From Akkermansia muciniphila (lineage in GTDB: Bacteria > Verrucomicrobiota > Verrucomicrobiia > Limisphaerales > UBA9464): a stretch of DNA of 64,000 nt. Positions 21,203-30,943 of this stretch are shown here, piece by piece. The notes beneath the pieces are model-generated. The model was not told the origin of the DNA. It worked only from the letters and a program-made list of their open reading frames with translations, and ran no database searches. Numbering within the stretch: the first letter of the stretch is position 1; each line of letters starts with the position of its first letter. The translations under genes were made by a program, and so were the position numbers. The stretch spans positions 1,047-65,046 of the forward strand of contig CAMCYJ010000010.1 in assembly GCA_945883815.1 (NCBI GenBank), given 5' to 3'.

Positions 21203-22816
21203 ATGGACTCCTCCACTCCCATGCCGTCCGCCCGCCAGCCGAATCCTCACCGGCGTCGCCGAGACGATCGGCTTCCATGGTTCGGCGGGTTGCTGGCCCT
21301 GTTCTGGATGTTGGCCAGCCCATGGCTGCGGGCCGACGTGTGCGAGGTGCGGGTGGGCATCGACGCCACCGGCCGGGCCGACGCGGTGGCCTGGACCGAC
21401 CGGATCGTCGCCGGCCTGTCGGCGCCCTCTTTCCGGTTCGTCAACCGGACCGAGGGCGCCCCCGCCCAGGAAATCGGCTCCGACTACCTCGTGCTGGTGT
21501 CCCACCGTCCGGACTTCGGCTCCGTGTCGGCGCGCCTGGTCGAGGTGACGACCGGACGCATCCTCGCGGCCTCGGAACCCGCCTCTGACCAGGCGCTCCT
21601 CGAGTGGATCCGGGGCGCGGTCCAGACCCACGCGCAACCATTCGAGCTGCCCGACCGCGGGGCCGGGCCCGACGTGGAGATCGAGGCCGGCGGCTGCACC
21701 TGCCTGTACTACGCAGTGGATTCAGCGAAAACTCAACTGGCCGTGCGTTCCGGATACGGTTGGCTGCTCAGCGCCCCGTCGCCAAAGTATCCGTGGCCGT
21801 GGCGGCGCTACGACGATGCCCCGACGTTCGAATGGTCGGCCGCTTCGGCCGGAAAGCCCGTCCGCCCCAACGGCGAACCCAATGCCGTGGCCTACTATGC
21901 CAGCCCTTTCATGGCGGGGCTCCGCGACACGGTCCAATTCTTGGCCTACTGCCCCAAGAACCCCGGCGAGAAGGTCCGTTTGCCTCCGGTGCGGGTCGCC
22001 ATCGTGCCGCCAAAAACCACTCGATGGATCACCGACAAGACAGGGGTCTTCGGTGTAGGTTCTTTCATCACGGAGGTGGGACCCGCGGGGGATGCCAAAG
22101 TCTTGAAAACCTGGACACGGAACCCCAACGAATTCGAGAAGGATCGCCACATTTTCCAATGCCCTCCGAGCGGCAAAAAGCGCGTGGTCTGGGCCAGTCT
22201 TGAGGTCCAAGACTCTTGTGGCGGCTGCACCCTCGTGACGATGGTCGGGAAGACCCGCTCGTGGCAGGCCAAGACCAACGTCTGGGAGATTCCGAGCGTC
22301 TATGGAGCCTGGGAGAACGACCAGTGGGTCCACATCGAGGCGATATCAGCCGATTTGTACCAGATCGACTCAATTGAAATTACTTCCTACGAAGGGTTCT
22401 ACCGCAACATCACGCTCGGCTGGGCCACCTGGGATTGCCCGGACAGCGCCTTGCGCTTTCTGCCGGCCGACTCAGTGCCCCTCCAAGAATCGGCACGCTC
22501 TTCGTCAGCCGATTCGGCTAACCTGACAGTTCAAACCCCGAGCCGGAGGTTGGAGACCGCCACCTCTGGTCCCCAAGCCGATCCATTGGCCGGTCTTGCC
22601 CCCGGGCCGGGGTTTTCCCACACTGAACCCTCTTTATGGGACTTCTCGAAGGCAAACTCGGCATCGTGTTCGGCGTCGCCAACAAGCGCTCCATCGCCTG
22701 GGCCATCGCTCAGGCCTGGCACCGCGAGGGCGCAACGCTGGCGTTCACCTACCAGGGCGAGCGACTCAAAGACAACGTGGAGGAGCTGGCCGGCACCTTC
22801 GGAGCCGACACGCTGA
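21203..22816 (+). CDS. Hypothetical exported/anchored Cys-containing protein
   Basis: ATG lies 4 nt after the FGE gene stop. Anchor LPWFGGLLALFWMLASPWL. No family recognised. The ORF has no in-frame stop until 22816, so it overlaps fabI by 181 nt. Confidence 0.55.
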   Translation: MDSSTPMPSARQPNPHRRRRDDRLPWFGGLLALFWMLASPWLRADVCEVRVGIDATGRADAVAWTDRIVAGLSAPSFRFVNRTEGAPAQEIGSDYLVLVSHRPDFGSVSARLVEVTTGRILAASEPASDQALLEWIRGAVQTHAQPFELPDRGAGPDVEIEAGGCTCLYYAVDSAKTQLAVRSGYGWLLSAPSPKYPWPWRRYDDAPTFEWSAASAGKPVRPNGEPNAVAYYASPFMAGLRDTVQFLAYCPKNPGEKVRLPPVRVAIVPPKTTRWITDKTGVFGVGSFITEVGPAGDAKVLKTWTRNPNEFEKDRHIFQCPPSGKKRVVWASLEVQDSCGGCTLVTMVGKTRSWQAKTNVWEIPSVYGAWENDQWVHIEAISADLYQIDSIEITSYEGFYRNITLGWATWDCPDSALRFLPADSVPLQESARSSSADSANLTVQTPSRRLETATSGPQADPLAGLAPGPGFSHTEPSLWDFSKANSASCSASPTSAPSPGPSLRPGTARAQRWRSPTRASDSKTTWRSWPAPSEPTR

Positions 22817-23406
22817 TCCTCCCCTGCGATGTCAGCAGCGATGACCAGATCCGCTCGGTGTTCACCGCGGTGAAGGAGAAGTTCGGGCGTCTGGATTTGC
22901 TGCTGCACGCCGTGGCCTTCGCGCCCAAAGAGGCCCTCGAAGGCGACTTCCTGAACACCAGCCGCGAAGCCTTCCGCGTGTCCCACGACGTCAGCGCCTA
23001 CTCGCTCATCGCCTTGGCCCGCGAGGCGGCCCCGCTGATGGACCAAGGCGGATCCATCGTAGCCATGAGCTATTACGGCGCCGAGAAGGTCATCCCCCAC
23101 TACAACGTGATGGGCGTGGCCAAGGCCTCGCTGGAGTCCTCCACCCGGTACCTAGCCTACAGCCTCGGACCCAAGAAGGTCCGCGTGAACTGCATTAGCG
23201 CTGGACCGATGAACACCCTCGCCGCCCGAGGCATCGCTGGCTTCACCGACATGCTCAAGCACTACGAGGCCCACTCGCCGCTGAAGCGCAACGTGGAGCC
23301 GTCTGAACTGGGCCACACCGGTGTGTTCCTGGCGTCCGATGGGGCCGCGGCCATCACCGGCCAGGTCCTGTACGTGGACAGCGGCTACCAGATCATGGGC
23401 ATGTAA
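22636..23406 (+). CDS. fabI: Enoyl-[acyl-carrier-protein] reductase (NADH)
   Basis: MGLLEGKLGIVFGVANKRSIAWAIAQ N-terminus, YNVMGVAKASLE catalytic Tyr/Lys segment, full length of 256 aa. Confidence 0.95.
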   Translation: MGLLEGKLGIVFGVANKRSIAWAIAQAWHREGATLAFTYQGERLKDNVEELAGTFGADTLILPCDVSSDDQIRSVFTAVKEKFGRLDLLLHAVAFAPKEALEGDFLNTSREAFRVSHDVSAYSLIALAREAAPLMDQGGSIVAMSYYGAEKVIPHYNVMGVAKASLESSTRYLAYSLGPKKVRVNCISAGPMNTLAARGIAGFTDMLKHYEAHSPLKRNVEPSELGHTGVFLASDGAAAITGQVLYVDSGYQIMGM

Positions 23407-23455
23407 GGGCCGACGACCCCACGGCCACGACCTCCGACTTCAGGCTTTGAGCACC

Positions 23456-23938
23456 ATGTTTCTCGTCGTCATGGGAGTGGCCGGCTCCGGCAAGACCACG
23501 CTGGGTCAGGCCCTGAGCCGTCGTCTGGGCTGGGAGTTCCGAGATGCCGATGGGTTCCATCCGGCCGCCAACATCGCCAAGATGAAGGCCGGGACGCCAC
23601 TGCAGGACGAAGACCGCTGGCCTTGGTTGCGAGCCATCCGCAGCCACATGGAATTGGAACAGGCGGCCGGCCGCAGCGGGATCATCGCCTGCTCGGCCCT
23701 GAAGGAAATCTACCGCGACACCTTGGGCCGGGGTGAGCCCTGGGTGCGCTTCGTCCACCTGAACGGTTCCCGGGACCTCATCGAGGGCCGGATGCGGGCC
23801 CGCGAAGGGCACTTCATGCCGGTGAGCCTGCTCGACAGCCAGTTCGCCACCCTCGAATCGCCGGCCGACGCCATCACCCTCGACATCTCCCAGTCTCCCG
23901 AAGCGCTGGTGGAAGAGGTCCTGCGCCGGATTGCCTGA
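23456..23938 (+). CDS. gntK: Gluconokinase (P-loop kinase)
   Basis: Start trimmed to MFLVVMGVAGSGKTTLG (P-loop). FHPAANIAKMKAGTPLQDEDRWPWL matches the gluconate kinase signature. Confidence 0.8.
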   Translation: MFLVVMGVAGSGKTTLGQALSRRLGWEFRDADGFHPAANIAKMKAGTPLQDEDRWPWLRAIRSHMELEQAAGRSGIIACSALKEIYRDTLGRGEPWVRFVHLNGSRDLIEGRMRAREGHFMPVSLLDSQFATLESPADAITLDISQSPEALVEEVLRRIA

Positions 23939-23981
23939 TTGTTTTACCTGAGCCTTTTGCCTGAGCCGATTACCCGCTGGC

Positions 23982-24440
23982 TCAGCGCGAAACGTCGCCC
24001 TGGTAAAGCACGGTGAAGTAATGGCGGCGCAGGCTGTCGATGGCCACCTCGGGGTGTTCGACATTGAGCACCAATGCCGACTTGCCGGCGGGCCGGTTCA
24101 GAAAAGGGTAGGTGTAGTGGATGTTTAATTCAGCCTCCACCAACGCGGCCAAGACATCTTGCAACTGACGCTCGCCAGCAATTTCCACCACGACGACGGC
24201 GGTTTCCGTGAAGGCGAAGCCATGTTCCTGGAGAAGGCTCCGCGCCAGGTCGGGGTCATCGACGATGATGCGCAAGATGGTGCTGTCGGTGGTATCGAGC
24301 ACGGTCAGCGCCAGGATGTGTACCGAGCGTTCGAAGAGCCGGCGGGTGACCTCGTGCAGGCGCCCCAAGCGGTTCGGGATGAACACCGTGAACTGGAGCA
24401 CCGGATCGGACCGGGGTTGGCGAGCGATGGCGACAGCCAT
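23982..24440 (-). CDS. ACT-domain-containing protein (two ACT-like repeats)
   Basis: 152 aa. FTVFIPNRLGRLHEVTRRLFERSVHILALTV and VVVEIAGERQLQDVLAALVEAELNIHYTY fit ACT-like patterns. Confidence 0.6.
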   Translation of the reverse strand: MAVAIARQPRSDPVLQFTVFIPNRLGRLHEVTRRLFERSVHILALTVLDTTDSTILRIIVDDPDLARSLLQEHGFAFTETAVVVVEIAGERQLQDVLAALVEAELNIHYTYPFLNRPAGKSALVLNVEHPEVAIDSLRRHYFTVLYQGDVSR

Positions 24441-24529
24441 GATGAAGGCGAGTGTCCGTCAGGGACAGGCCGAGGGCAAGGCAGGCAAGAGCCTTTGCCG
24501 TGGATCCGAAGATGTGATTCATTGACCCC

Positions 24530-24913
24530 GTGGCCAGTCCCTCCGATGAGTTGTGCACGATCACCGAGAACCTCGGCATCGCCACGCTCCAGCGGCATAT
24601 CTTCCTCTGCGCGGATGCCTCCAAGCCCAAGTGCTGCGATCCCCAGGTGAGCCTCGCGTCGTGGGAATTCCTGAAACGCCGTCTCAAGGAGCTGGGGCTG
24701 GTCGGACCGCAGGCCAGGGTGTTCCGCACCAAGGCCAATTGTCTGCAGTGCTGCGCCCAAGGTCCCGTCGCAGTGGTGTATCCGGAGGGAACCTGGTATC
24801 ACCACTGCACCCCCGATGTCCTTGAAACCATCATCCAGGAACACCTGATCCATGGCCGGCCCGTGTTGGAAAACACCTTTGCGATTCATCCGCTCGGTAC
24901 TGGCTCCCGCTGA
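24530..24913 (+). CDS. Thioredoxin-like [2Fe-2S] ferredoxin family protein
   Basis: [14 protein letters not shown]...[36 protein letters not shown], showing the characteristic Cys pattern and the VVYPEG-WY segment. Confidence 0.7.
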   Translation: MASPSDELCTITENLGIATLQRHIFLCADASKPKCCDPQVSLASWEFLKRRLKELGLVGPQARVFRTKANCLQCCAQGPVAVVYPEGTWYHHCTPDVLETIIQEHLIHGRPVLENTFAIHPLGTGSR

Positions 24914-25679
24914 AGTGCAGCTGGACCTCTTCCAACGGCTGAAGTCCCCGCCACCGTCGGCACCCGTGCCCGGCGGCGGCAAGTGGGTGGCTTCCGAGAC
25001 GGTTGTCGTCGGCAACACGTCCATCGAGGTGCACTTCATCCGTCACCCGCGGGCCCGGGTGTTCCGCCTGACCTTGTGTCGCGACGGTTCCGGCAGGGTC
25101 ACCCTGCCCCGCTTCGGATCCCTGCCCGGTGCCCGCAATTTCCTGCTCCAGCACGCGCAGTGGCTGGCTGATCGGGCCCAGATTCAGCAGGCCAACACGG
25201 GGCCCACGGACCCATCCAAGGGAGAAATCCAAATCCGGTTCCGGGGTGAGTTCGAGGGGGTCACGGTCTCGGAGGATGGCAAGTTACTGCACATCGGCCC
25301 CGTCATGCTACCCATGCCCCGGCTGCGCGACCGAGACCTTCCGGCCAAGGCCCAAGCGGCCTTGCAACGGCTGGCTCAGCGTGAACTGCCAGAGCGGGTA
25401 CAACACCTTTCGGCCACCCACGGCATCGCCGTCAGCGCGATTTCGGTCCGCGCCCAACGCACACGCTGGGGTTCCTGTTCGCCGCGCGGTGAGATCTCGC
25501 TGAACTGGCGATTGGTGCAAGTGCCCGAGTGGGTCCGCGACTACGTGATCTTGCATGAGTTGGCGCATCGTCGGCATTTGAACCACTCCGCCCGTTTCTG
25601 GCAGCAAGTCGAACGGCTGTGCCCGGACTACGAGGCCGCGGAAACCTGGCTGCGCGAAACCGGACGGCACGTGCTCTGA
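24852..25679 (+). CDS. YgjP-like (DUF45/M48-related) metal-dependent hydrolase
   Basis: [46 protein letters not shown] contains HExxH. The ATG at 24852 overlaps the ferredoxin gene by 62 nt. An in-frame GTG at 24915, 1 nt after that stop, is an alternative start. Confidence 0.75.
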   Translation: MAGPCWKTPLRFIRSVLAPAEVQLDLFQRLKSPPPSAPVPGGGKWVASETVVVGNTSIEVHFIRHPRARVFRLTLCRDGSGRVTLPRFGSLPGARNFLLQHAQWLADRAQIQQANTGPTDPSKGEIQIRFRGEFEGVTVSEDGKLLHIGPVMLPMPRLRDRDLPAKAQAALQRLAQRELPERVQHLSATHGIAVSAISVRAQRTRWGSCSPRGEISLNWRLVQVPEWVRDYVILHELAHRRHLNHSARFWQQVERLCPDYEAAETWLRETGRHVL

Positions 25680-25743
25680 GCCGGCCGGACCCAACGGCTG
25701 GGTTGCGCCTGAGCGCGGGCCCAGACACTCCGCCAGGGGCCGA

Positions 25744-26292
25744 TCAGCGGCGGAGGATCTCGAACTCGATGTCGAACCAAAGCCCGTTAAACTCGAAGCG
25801 GGCCTGACCCGAATCAATCCCTCCGTCAAACCAGTGGAACTCGTTCCGTTCGCGAATGAGGCCGCAGAACTCCTGGAAGAAATCGGGATCGAGAGCGACG
25901 ACCCCATAGCGCCCGCGCCGTAGCTCGTCTTTTTCCATGGCGGCCAAAAGGTGATCCGCCTCGGCACGGCTGCGCTTGATCACCCACAGGGCGGCTTCAG
26001 GGCACTTCACGGCCAATTTGTGCAATTTGGAGACGGTGCATTCGCCGCATTCGACCCACAAGGTAGGCCGCATGTCGTAGCCGATGACTGCAAGATCCGG
26101 GACGAACGGGATCGAATCGTCCTGAACCTCCGTCTCGATTTGAATGCGTTCGTGGAAGAAGAGCACATAGGCCAAGAGCTTCAGTCCCACATGACGCACC
26201 GACTCATTGACTCCCTGGCCGATGATGACCTTGTGGGGAAACAGCCGGTGCCGATCTTCGCTGCAGAGCTGGAAGTTGAATTTATTGGCCAA
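25744..26292 (-). CDS. YaeQ-family (PD-(D/E)XK-like) protein
   Basis: 182 aa, the same length as E. coli YaeQ. Shares its pattern (...LKLLAY...ERIQ...PDL...LWVECGE...LHKLAVKCPEAALWV) as recalled from memory. Confidence 0.6.
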   Translation of the reverse strand: MANKFNFQLCSEDRHRLFPHKVIIGQGVNESVRHVGLKLLAYVLFFHERIQIETEVQDDSIPFVPDLAVIGYDMRPTLWVECGECTVSKLHKLAVKCPEAALWVIKRSRAEADHLLAAMEKDELRRGRYGVVALDPDFFQEFCGLIRERNEFHWFDGGIDSGQARFEFNGLWFDIEFEILRR

Positions 26293-26405
26293 GAGAAGGC
26301 TTCAAACAACGGAGTTCGGAGCCCGTTGTCCATGAGAAACCGCCACCGTAACCGGCCGTACAATCCTCCGGTCTCCACCGGCAGTCCCTATCCATCGATC
26401 CGCAC

Positions 26406-27149
26406 ATGAAACCTTTCCAGACACTGCACATCCTCACCGCCACCTTGCTGTTGGGCTCTGCCAGTGCCCTCGCCGACGTCGCTGACGACGTGAAGAGCGC
26501 CGCCCGCAAACTGGCCGACGCGGCCAGCTACTCGTGGACGGCCACCACTGAAATCGAAGGCGGCCAATGGACCCCGGCTCCGGTCCAAGGCAAGGCCATC
26601 AAGGGCGGGGCGGCCGTGATCACCAGCGAGCGAGAGGGAACCACGACGACCGCAGTGCTGCAGGGAACCCAAGGGGTGGCCAGCACCGATGAAGGCTGGA
26701 AGACCGCCGAAGAACTCCGCTCGGCCGCTGGTGGTGGTGGCGGAGGCGGAGGCAATCGTGGCGGCATGCGCGCGGCCGCTCTCTTGCGCAACCCCTTGCC
26801 GGCGGCGTCGGTGACCCAGTTGGTCGAAAAATCAAAAGACCTGAAGGCTGGTGAAGCCGGGGTCATTGCCGGAGAACTTTCGGACGCAGGGGCCAAGGAA
26901 TTCGCCCTAATGGGACGCGGCGGCCGGGCGGGCGGTCCGACTCCGCCTGAACCCAAGAACGCCAAGGGCTCGGTGCAGTTCTGGCTGAAGGAAGGCCAGG
27001 TCCAGAAGATCCGCCTCAAGGTCTCCGCGACCATGACGGTCAACGGCGAGGACCGCGACATGGTCCGCACCACGACTTGGGAAATCCGCGACGTGGGCAC
27101 CACCACCGTCGAAATCCCGGCCGAAGCCAAGAAGCGTCTGGGTTCCTAA
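26406..27149 (+). CDS. Hypothetical secreted protein with internal poly-Gly tract
   Basis: Signal MKPFQTLHILTATLLLGSASALA, GGGGGGGGNRGG tract, third-position G/C high by eye. No family recognised. Confidence 0.6.
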   Translation: MKPFQTLHILTATLLLGSASALADVADDVKSAARKLADAASYSWTATTEIEGGQWTPAPVQGKAIKGGAAVITSEREGTTTTAVLQGTQGVASTDEGWKTAEELRSAAGGGGGGGGNRGGMRAAALLRNPLPAASVTQLVEKSKDLKAGEAGVIAGELSDAGAKEFALMGRGGRAGGPTPPEPKNAKGSVQFWLKEGQVQKIRLKVSATMTVNGEDRDMVRTTTWEIRDVGTTTVEIPAEAKKRLGS

Positions 27150-27174
27150 GGCCGAATGTTTCGTTGGACCCGCG

Positions 27175-27205
27175 GTCTGGAGGCTCGCAATCGGAGCCTC
27201 CAGAC
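27175..27205 (+). terminator. Strong stem-loop between genes (possible terminator without U-tract)
   Basis: Perfect 12-bp arms GTCTGGAGGCTC / GAGCCTCCAGAC with a 7-nt loop. No T-run follows. Confidence 0.4.
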
Positions 27206-27244
27206 TCATTGACCCTTCCGTACGGCGTTCCTAGGCTGGGTACC

Positions 27245-28234
27245 ATGATTGGCAAGCGTCTGTACCGGTGGGCTTGGCTGGCCGTGGCTGTATTGGGATT
27301 ATTCCCCGCATCGGACTTGTTCCCGATATCGGCCCAGACACCGGTGCCCTTCAACGGCATCCAGGCCATAGTCAACGACACGGTCATCAGCCGTGATCAA
27401 GTGCTGGGAGCTGCGCAGCGCGAGTTGGCCGCCGCCGGCCGCACCGCCACCTCCGAACAGCAGTACCTCACCCGGCGCGGGAAGATCTTGGAGGATCAGC
27501 TCGAACAGCTCATCGACCGGCAGCTCGTCCTCGATGAGTTCAAGGAGAAGGGGTATTCCTTCCCGGAATCTTACGTCGACGACCAGGTCCGGGAACGCAT
27601 CCGTCGGCAGTTCGGCGGTGATCGCGTCGCCCTCACCAAAACCCTGCGAGCCGAGAACCGCACCTTCGAACAATTCAAGAAGGAGGAGCGCGAAGACATG
27701 ATCGTCTATCAAATGAGCTCCCGGAACATCCGCGACGAGATCATCATCTCACCGAAGAAGATCCAGAACTACTACCAGACCAATCAGGCCCGCTTCCGAA
27801 TGGGCAACCGGGTCAAGCTGCGGATGATCGTCGTCGACCGATCCAAGCACTCCGCCGAAGAAGGAGAACGCATCGCCACACGAGCGCTGAATCAGCTCAA
27901 GGAAGGTGCCGATTTTGCCAAGGTGGCCACGGAGTCTTCCGACGATGCCCGCCGCTACAAGGGCGGCGACCGGGGATGGACCGAGGAAAGCTCCCTGAAC
28001 GAGGCTCTGCGCCAAGTGGCCTTCACCCTGCCCACGGGACAAATTAGCGACATCATCGAAGTCCAGGGTTCGCGCTTCATCCTGAAGGTGGAAGAGAAGC
28101 AACAGTCCGGAATCCGTTCGCTGGCCGAGGCCCGGCAAGAAATCGTCACCATCCTCAAGGACTCCGAACGTCAGCGACTGCAAAAGCAATGGCTGGCCAA
28201 GCTCCGCCGAAAGGGCTTCGTCCGCTACTTCTGA
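27245..28234 (+). CDS. SurA-like periplasmic chaperone / PpiC-type peptidyl-prolyl isomerase
   Basis: Start trimmed to MIGKRLYRWAWLAVAVLGLF (signal). SurA-N-like AIVNDTVISRDQV. Parvulin domain RMIVV...GGDRGW...FILKVEEK. Sits immediately upstream of pdxA, as in the classical surA-pdxA arrangement. Confidence 0.8.
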   Translation: MIGKRLYRWAWLAVAVLGLFPASDLFPISAQTPVPFNGIQAIVNDTVISRDQVLGAAQRELAAAGRTATSEQQYLTRRGKILEDQLEQLIDRQLVLDEFKEKGYSFPESYVDDQVRERIRRQFGGDRVALTKTLRAENRTFEQFKKEEREDMIVYQMSSRNIRDEIIISPKKIQNYYQTNQARFRMGNRVKLRMIVVDRSKHSAEEGERIATRALNQLKEGADFAKVATESSDDARRYKGGDRGWTEESSLNEALRQVAFTLPTGQISDIIEVQGSRFILKVEEKQQSGIRSLAEARQEIVTILKDSERQRLQKQWLAKLRRKGFVRYF

Positions 28235-28252
28235 AGCCCGCCGCCTGCGCAC

Positions 28253-29275
28253 ATGATCCTCGGTATCACCCTGGGTGACGTCACCGGCATTGGCCCGGAG
28301 GTCGCCTTGCGGGCCGTCGCACGCCTCACCGCCGAAGACACCGATGTGCATTACGTCCTCATCGGCGACACAGGTGTGGTGCGCCGCCTGTGCGGCCTGA
28401 TGGGTGTGGAGGCCGACCTACCCTTCTGGCGTGGGGTCGATTCAGAACCCTCCCGGGTGTACGTGTTGCCGGTCTCCGAAGGTGAACTACCCGAAAACCT
28501 GCCGCCGGGAGATCCCCGGGCCGCACTGGAGGCCGTCGCCGCGCTGCGCGAAGGCGCTCGGCGTTGCCTGAGCGGCGAATTCGCAGGCCTGGTCACGGCC
28601 CCGGTCAACAAGGCCTCCATTCTCGAGGCGGGTATCCCCTTCATCGGCCAGACCGAGTTCCTCGCCGAATTGGCCGGGGTCTCTCGCTTCGCCATGATGC
28701 TGCTGGGTCACGATCCCGCCGGGCGCTGGCTGCGGGTGGCTCTAGCCACGACCCACCTGCCCCTGGCGCAGGTTCCAGCGGCCCTCACCCCAGCCGGCAT
28801 CGCCGAAGTCATCGCCCTGACCGCGGAAGCCTGCGGACTCTTGGGCCTGCCCCGCCAGCGCGTGGGAGTCTGCGGCCTCAATCCCCATGCGGGCGAAAGC
28901 GGTCATCTCGGCCGCGAAGAAATCACCGTGGTGGCCCCGGCGGTCGCCCAAGCCCGCGCCCGCGGGCTCGACGTCCGGGGACCATCGGCGGCGGACACGC
29001 TCTTCCATCAGGTATTCCGAGGCGACTACGACGCCGTGGTCGCCATGTACCACGACCAGGGTTTGGTGCCCCTGAAGATGATCGCCTTCGACACCGGTGT
29101 GAACTGGACCCTCGGACTGCCCTTCGTCCGGATGTCTCCCGACCACGGCACCGCCTACGACATTGCCGGACAGGGGCTGGCCGACCCGGCCAGCATGGAA
29201 TCAGCCCTCCGTCTGGCCGCCACCGTGGCCGCCACCGGAATCCCCTGCTGGCGTCCCGCACCACGGAGTCAGTGA
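28253..29275 (+). CDS. pdxA: 4-hydroxythreonine-4-phosphate dehydrogenase
   Basis: ITLGDVTGIGPEV, GLNPHAGE and MYHDQGL motifs, 340 aa. Confidence 0.9.
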   Translation: MILGITLGDVTGIGPEVALRAVARLTAEDTDVHYVLIGDTGVVRRLCGLMGVEADLPFWRGVDSEPSRVYVLPVSEGELPENLPPGDPRAALEAVAALREGARRCLSGEFAGLVTAPVNKASILEAGIPFIGQTEFLAELAGVSRFAMMLLGHDPAGRWLRVALATTHLPLAQVPAALTPAGIAEVIALTAEACGLLGLPRQRVGVCGLNPHAGESGHLGREEITVVAPAVAQARARGLDVRGPSAADTLFHQVFRGDYDAVVAMYHDQGLVPLKMIAFDTGVNWTLGLPFVRMSPDHGTAYDIAGQGLADPASMESALRLAATVAATGIPCWRPAPRSQ

Positions 29276-29462
29276 ATCAAAAAAGAATCCCCGCCCCTCG
29301 GCCGGCAAGCCCCACTGAATGGGCGTTCTAAAAATCCCTGAAGCCCTCGGCCCGCAGGCGTGTCCAACAATCCATCCGAGGCGGATCCAGAAGCAGCTGA
29401 TTGAATCGAACTCCATCGAGCCATCGCCGAAGCCGCCCTCGAAAGCCTCCGATCGCCGCCAA

Positions 29463-29909
29463 TTACCCCGACGCCGACGGGAACAAAATGCGCGTCAATG
29501 CCAGGCGCTCAGAACCCAGAGCGATGTCGGCCAGCGTGTACCGATCGAGGCTCGTGTAGAAAGCGCTCATCGCCTCGGCCAGCGCACCCTTGACCAGACA
29601 GCAGCCATTGAGATTGCAGGTGTTGGTCAATGGATCAAAGCATTCCATGACTTTGAGTTGATCTTCGGTCTGCCGAAACAAGTGACCCAAACGGACCTCA
29701 TTGGGCTGCAGCGCCAATCGACACCCACCGCCCCGTCCCCGTCGGTTTTCCAAATATCCCAACTGGCCGAGCCGATGCACCACCTGCGCCAGATGGTTGC
29801 GGGAGATACCGTAGGCCTCGGACACATCCTGCAACTGGAACAACTCCTTCCGCAGCGAAGCGTAAATGAGAACCCGCAGAGCGTAATCGCTGAAGAGACT
29901 GAGTTTCAT
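29463..29909 (-). CDS. Rrf2-family transcriptional regulator (NsrR/IscR-like, three clustered Cys)
   Basis: MKLSLFSDYALRVLIYA...ISRNHLAQVVHRLGQLGYLENRRGRGGG wHTH, plus C-x-C cluster ECFDPLTNTCNLNGCC. Confidence 0.85.
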   Translation of the reverse strand: MKLSLFSDYALRVLIYASLRKELFQLQDVSEAYGISRNHLAQVVHRLGQLGYLENRRGRGGGCRLALQPNEVRLGHLFRQTEDQLKVMECFDPLTNTCNLNGCCLVKGALAEAMSAFYTSLDRYTLADIALGSERLALTRILFPSASG

Positions 29910-30062
29910 GGGCCGGATTCGAGAACCCGATGGAACGACCGACGAGGCTCACTTCGGTTACACCAACACTCGAAGCCCGCGAAACCCAGAGACCCACCCT
30001 ATGAAGGGTTCGAGTCTGTTCGGGACAGGACCCACGTGGGATGGTTCCCTTCGAGCAGGGAC

Positions 30063-30728
30063 ATGAAGCACGAATTCTGGAACGAACGGTGGCAGCAGAG
30101 GCAGATTGGATTCCACTTAGGCCATCCCCATGACTGGCTGGTGACGGCCCACGAGCGGTTTCCCGCCTCCTCTCGCATCTATGTTCCCTTGTGCGGAAAG
30201 ACCGTCGACCTTGTGTGGTTGCGGGACCAGGGACACGAAGTGGTCGGCTGCGAATTCGTGGCCAGCGCCGTACAGGACTTTCTCCGGGAACACGGGCTCG
30301 CGGCCCAGACCGAACGTCACGAATGCGGCAGCGACTCTTACGAATGCCACCGGACACCGGGCCTGATCGTGCTGCAAGGCGACGCCCTGAATCTCAACCC
30401 GGCGCTCGTCGGCGGTCCCATCGATGTGATCTTCGATCGCGCCGCCCTGGTGGCCCTCGATCCGGCCTCTCGCAAACGCTATGTCGATGGCCTGCACCGA
30501 TTGCTCCGGCCTGGCGGCCACATCCTGCTCATCGCCTTTGCCTACGACCAATCCCGCGTCGCCGGACCGCCCTGGTCGGTCGACGCCGCCACCATCGAGA
30601 GTCTCTTCGGCGAACGCTTCCTCATTGAAACCCTCGCCGTACGGGCCGAAGAAGGAAGCCCCCGCTTCCAGGCTGCAGGAGTCCCGGAGATGGAAGAACG
30701 CTGCTGCTGGTTGACCCGGAAGGACTGA
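30063..30728 (+). CDS. tpm: Thiopurine S-methyltransferase family protein
   Basis: Start trimmed to MKHEFWNERWQQRQIGFH (TPMT N-terminal signature). SAM-binding YVPLCGKTVDLVWL. The upstream 248 codons of ORF 29319..30728 are antisense to the Rrf2 gene. Confidence 0.8.
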   Translation: MKHEFWNERWQQRQIGFHLGHPHDWLVTAHERFPASSRIYVPLCGKTVDLVWLRDQGHEVVGCEFVASAVQDFLREHGLAAQTERHECGSDSYECHRTPGLIVLQGDALNLNPALVGGPIDVIFDRAALVALDPASRKRYVDGLHRLLRPGGHILLIAFAYDQSRVAGPPWSVDAATIESLFGERFLIETLAVRAEEGSPRFQAAGVPEMEERCCWLTRKD

Positions 30729-30943
30729 TTCTCCGCAACGTCAAAACCCTGCGGATAGGCCGCTCTGAACCTCAGCAGGACGGCGGAGCGCAGAGGAACC
30801 GTCACAACCACGCCTCAGGACGGTCTGGAGGTATACGGCGTTCCTTCAGAACGCACCGTTCGTGCGCCATACCCGGGGTTTCACCCCGGGCTGGTATGCG
30901 GTGCCCCGTTGGGGCGCTCCGAACGCCGCTCTTTCCCCGAGCC

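Noticed and set aside
29319-30062. N-terminal 248 codons of the 469-aa ORF 29319..30728.
   Set aside because: This part is antisense to the well-supported Rrf2 gene and shows no motifs. The TPMT signature begins at the internal Met at 30063.
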